A DNA stretch of 10,076 bases from an uncultured bacterium (GTDB lineage Bacteria; JAJVIF01; JAPKYR01): contig CBDURU010000124.1 in assembly GCA_965369865.1 (NCBI GenBank), positions 1-10,076 on the forward strand, given 5' to 3'. The stretch's first letter is position 1; every line of letters begins with the position of its first letter. The position numbers and the translations under genes were made by a program. A model generated the notes under the pieces. The model ran no database searches. It worked only from the letters and a program-made list of their open reading frames with translations, and was not told the DNA's origin. Below are positions 7,183 to 10,076 of the stretch, one piece after another.

Positions 7183-7752
7183 ATGCCGGTTTTAATACTG
7201 ATATTATTCTTCGTCCTGGTAATTTTTGCCTATGTTTTTTATGCTTATAATCGTCTTGCCCAGCTTCGTAATGTTACTGAAACCGAATGGTCGCAGGTGG
7301 ATGTCCTGTTAAAAAAACGTGCCGATCTCATTCCCAACCTGATCGAAGTTGTCAAGGGATATGCCAGGCACGAGATGGATGTACTTGAAAAAGTGTCTGT
7401 TGCCCGTACCGAAGCGATTCACGGCGGCTTCGACAGGGCAGGGGGGCAGGACACGAGCCTCTCATCGCATGTTAAATCCATCCTCGCACTGAGAGAGAGT
7501 TATCCTGATCTCAAGGCAAACCAGGATTTCCTTATGCTCCAGTCCGGGTTATTCAGGATCGAGGATGAGATCGCGGAGAGACGTTATAATTATAACGACG
7601 TTGTAAAAGCGCATAACGATTTTGTTTTGAAATTTCCCGGAAATGTTGTCGCTGCGATGACCGGGTTTTCATTACTCTGTTTATTTGAATTTAAGGGATC
7701 GAGGGAAGCGCCCGCGCTTAACCTGGCTCCCGGAGAAGAAAGAGTAGAATAA
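7183..7752 (+). CDS. lemA: LemA family protein
   Basis: N-terminal TM then YNRL, WSQVDVLLKKRADLIPNLIEVVKGYA.HE, E.YPDLKANQ.FL.LQ..L..IED.I...R..YN..V, KFP.N.VA. Confidence 0.93.
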   Translation: MPVLILILFFVLVIFAYVFYAYNRLAQLRNVTETEWSQVDVLLKKRADLIPNLIEVVKGYARHEMDVLEKVSVARTEAIHGGFDRAGGQDTSLSSHVKSILALRESYPDLKANQDFLMLQSGLFRIEDEIAERRYNYNDVVKAHNDFVLKFPGNVVAAMTGFSLLCLFEFKGSREAPALNLAPGEERVE

Positions 7753-7755
7753 GCC

Positions 7756-8295
7756 ATGGCTACAACCGACGCAGGAACTAAATACATGCAGTCCAGTCGG
7801 ATTACACGGATCGGATGTTTCGGGCTGGTTCTTGTGCTTGGTCTGCTGATTCTGATCGGTGCTGTCGGCGTCCGGGCAGAGATAAATAATAAACGTTCGA
7901 TTGCCATCGGTGCGTATAACAGGATGGTCGAGCAGGCTGAAAAAGCTCCCGGTGTCCTGAACCGCATGCTCTCTTTCAATTGCGGCGAGGATGCTGAGGT
8001 ATCGGTTACTGATGCGGGTAATTCGGTCGCGCGGTTATCCGATTTGGATGCTCCGTCGATTTCAGTTCTCGAGGAAATCTGGGACGAGATCGAGCTCGCA
8101 TGGGTTGAAGTCAACCGTGGATGCTCCGGCAGCCTGTCGGAGAATGCGTTCAGGGATTTGACGATCGAGATGGAAGGGCTTCGCAACCGCTTTTCTGTCG
8201 AGAAGGGAAATTTCGAGGAAGCCGCCGAGATGTACAATTCGGCTTTAAAAACTTTCCCCGCTAATATCTTTGCGTATGGCAACGGTGAGCTATAA
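7756..8295 (+). CDS. Divergent LemA-like protein
   Basis: N-terminal TM. C-terminal FRDLTIEMEGLRNRFSVEKGNFEEAAEMYNSALKTFPANIFA matches the LemA C-terminal helices, but the RADLIPNL and YPDLKA motifs are absent. Alternative start ATG 7786. Confidence 0.75.
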   Translation: MATTDAGTKYMQSSRITRIGCFGLVLVLGLLILIGAVGVRAEINNKRSIAIGAYNRMVEQAEKAPGVLNRMLSFNCGEDAEVSVTDAGNSVARLSDLDAPSISVLEEIWDEIELAWVEVNRGCSGSLSENAFRDLTIEMEGLRNRFSVEKGNFEEAAEMYNSALKTFPANIFAYGNGEL

Positions 8296-8312
8296 TTACC
8301 TGGAGACGGTAT

Positions 8313-9200
8313 ATGGAACACATTAAAAAAATATCTCCATTGCTCATTTCTGTAATTCTGTTAATCCTCTGGTTACCCGGTACTGCATTCGCTGAGACAG
8401 TCTCGTCACTCGGGGACCCGACAGGTTATGTGAACGACTATGCCGGGGTGATCTCGAAAAGTGATGAGAGGACGCTCAATTCAATTTGCGAAGACCTGGT
8501 CGCGGCAAATTCCGTAGAGATGGCGATTGTGACGATTAATACCACAGGCAGTACTGATATTTCGGATTTCACTCTTGAATTGTTCAACACCTGGGGTATT
8601 GGTGGTAAGGAAGCGGATAACGGTCTCCTTATCCTGGCAGCTATCGATGATCATGATTTCTGGGTTACGACGGGTTATGGAATCGAGGATGTAATTACCG
8701 ACACACTGGCAGTCAGGATAATGGAAAATGAAGCGGTACCGGAATTCAGGAACGATGATTACGGTGAGGGTTTAATAAAAGCCGCTACTCAGTATGCTGC
8801 TGTACTCGGCGGTGAAACTTACGATACCGGCTTTTCGTTTAATTTCGGGTGGGTGCTGATACCGATTTTTTCCATCGCTGCCCTGATTATCCTTATTTCA
8901 TTTGCTGTCCGGTTAAAATGTCCTCGATGCGGCAGCCGTGTAACCATGTCAAACGACCGCGAGGTCCTTTCATCGGATTACTCGCATTCCGGGATCAGAA
9001 AAAAAGATTATGTGTGCAATGTGTGCCATCACGAATTCAGCAGGATGATAGTTATTCCGATGCTGGTAGCACAGACCGGATCCGGAGGGTCTTCCGGATG
9101 GAGTTCCGGCGGCTCATCGGGATGGTCGAGCGGGGGAAGCAGTTTCGGAGGTTTCTCGGGGGGATCGTCCGGCGGCGGCGGTGGTGGAGGAAGCTGGTAA
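8313..9200 (+). CDS. TPM (TLP18.3/Psb32/MOLO-1, YgcG-like) domain membrane protein with zinc ribbon and Gly/Ser tail
   Basis: Signal peptide (PGTAFA/E), GYVNDYAGVI, WGIGG...DNGLLIL, TGYGIE..ITD, P.FR.DDY..GL, TM helix, CPRC...CNVC, tail FGGFSGGSSGGGGGGGSW. GGAG RBS at 8302-8305. Confidence 0.92.
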   Translation: MEHIKKISPLLISVILLILWLPGTAFAETVSSLGDPTGYVNDYAGVISKSDERTLNSICEDLVAANSVEMAIVTINTTGSTDISDFTLELFNTWGIGGKEADNGLLILAAIDDHDFWVTTGYGIEDVITDTLAVRIMENEAVPEFRNDDYGEGLIKAATQYAAVLGGETYDTGFSFNFGWVLIPIFSIAALIILISFAVRLKCPRCGSRVTMSNDREVLSSDYSHSGIRKKDYVCNVCHHEFSRMIVIPMLVAQTGSGGSSGWSSGGSSGWSSGGSSFGGFSGGSSGGGGGGGSW

Positions 9201-9203
9201 ATT

Positions 9204-9740
9204 ATGAATGAGAAAATCAAATGCCGTTTATGCGGCCAGGAATTTGAGACGGATCGGGAGTTCTGTCCCGGATGCGGAGTCGCGACTGAAATTCTATCCG
9301 GCAAAGTTGTAATTCCCCCGCCGAGAGGATCCGTAAATGACTACGCCGGGGTCCTTTCAGATGATGAGGTTGCCGGACTCTCGGGAATGCTCGAAGAGAA
9401 TCTCGATCGGACAGGAATACCCGTTGTAATAGCCACACTCGGAACGACCGACCCGTTACTGCCATCCGAGTACGCTTTCCTTCTTTACAACAGTTGGGGG
9501 ATCGGTAAACCGAAAATCAACCGGGGACTGTTGATCCTGCTTAGTGTCGATCAAAAACATGTTGAATGCGAGGTCGGGATCGGGCTGGAAAAATACATCC
9601 CGGAGAAGCAAGGGGACGAGATTGTCCAGGAGACATTTATCCCATTTTTTAAGGATGGCAGTTATTACCTCGGTTTAAAAGCCGGTACTGAAGTGCTACT
9701 GAAAATCATACGCGAAAAAGTGCCGCGTCCGAATAAATAA
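9204..9740 (+). CDS. Zinc-ribbon + TPM domain protein without signal peptide or TM helix
   Basis: CRLC-x10-FCPGCG at the N-terminus, then GSVNDYAGVL, WGIGK..INRGLLILL, EVGIGLE..IP, P.FKDG.Y..GL..G. Confidence 0.88.
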   Translation: MNEKIKCRLCGQEFETDREFCPGCGVATEILSGKVVIPPPRGSVNDYAGVLSDDEVAGLSGMLEENLDRTGIPVVIATLGTTDPLLPSEYAFLLYNSWGIGKPKINRGLLILLSVDQKHVECEVGIGLEKYIPEKQGDEIVQETFIPFFKDGSYYLGLKAGTEVLLKIIREKVPRPNK

Positions 9741-9748
9741 CATACCTT

Positions 9749-9802
9749 AATTTGCATGTGAAATGCTAGCCCCTCAATTTGCGTGTGAAATGGTGGCCCC
9801 TC
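9749..9802. repeat. 27-bp tandem duplication
   Basis: aatttgcatgtgaaatgctagcccctc (9749-9775) followed by aatttgcgtgtgaaatggtggcccctc (9776-9802), 3 mismatches. Confidence 0.9.
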
Positions 9803-9830
9803 AAAACGAGCGCAACGATGATCTCGCAAA
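9776..9830. repeat. Direct repeat A, copy 1 (at least 55 bp)
   Basis: Identical to 10022-10076; period 246 bp. Confidence 0.95.
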
Positions 9831-9880
9831 GCTTTAACGTACTCGGAAGCGAGTTTGGAGGGTTTCTATTTTTTTCGTTC

Positions 9881-9968
9881 CCGGGTGCCGCCCATACGCG
9901 AAGTTCAGCCCTAGCCGGGTGCCGCCCATACGCGAAGTTCAGCGCTAGCTGAACGGAGCTTATGGGTG
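9881..9968 (+). repeat. 34-bp tandem duplication leading into a GGGTGCC-led REP-like hairpin
   Basis: 9881-9914 and 9915-9948 differ at 1 base. The second copy folds as cgcccata(9923-9930)/tatgggtg(9961-9968) enclosing gttcagc-gcta-gctgaac (9937-9954). Confidence 0.85.
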
Positions 9969-10001
9969 ATCATCACTGTCTTATCGCATGCCGACGGGTT
10001 C

Positions 10002-10076
10002 CCGGATAAATAACACACTTTAATTTGCGTGTGAAATGGTGGCCCCTCAAAACGAGCGCAACGATGATCTCGCAAA
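10002..10076. repeat. Direct repeat A, copy 2 (truncated by window end)
   Basis: 10022-10076 is identical to 9776-9830, and 10002-10050 matches 9729-9777 at 43/49. Confidence 0.95.

Noticed and set aside
7590..8321. 243-aa minus-strand ORF
   Set aside because: Antisense shadow of the two LemA genes; Ser-rich with no recognisable motif.
9083..9197. GGSSGWSS repeat / Gly-rich tail as a DNA repeat element
   Set aside because: Codons differ between the peptide repeats, and Gly/Ser tails are standard in TPM-domain proteins.
9749..10076. CRISPR array
   Set aside because: The 27- and 34-bp repeats are directly adjacent with no spacers, the long repeat has a 246-bp period, and no cas genes are in the window.

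Overview
Bacterial chromosomal window of unknown taxon. It starts with an HUH/Y1 REP-associated tyrosine transposase (RAYT) embedded in a family of short GTR-N9-TCC-loop hairpins (REPs) with compensatory stem changes. One REP doublet lies in frame inside the probable N-terminus and a near-identical doublet overlaps the stop codon. Next come a divergent pair (TolB-like PD40 beta-propeller / M28-PA-PDZ peptidase with two conserved His replaced), a divergent DUF302-like gene, an isolated rfbB (rmlB), an isolated pilC/GspF-family gene with a terminator, and a four-gene LemA-LemA-like-TPM-TPM operon in which both TPM proteins carry CxxC...CxxC zinc ribbons. The window ends inside a nested, structured, non-coding repeat region (246-bp period). 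All calls come from motif recognition by eye; no database searches were run.
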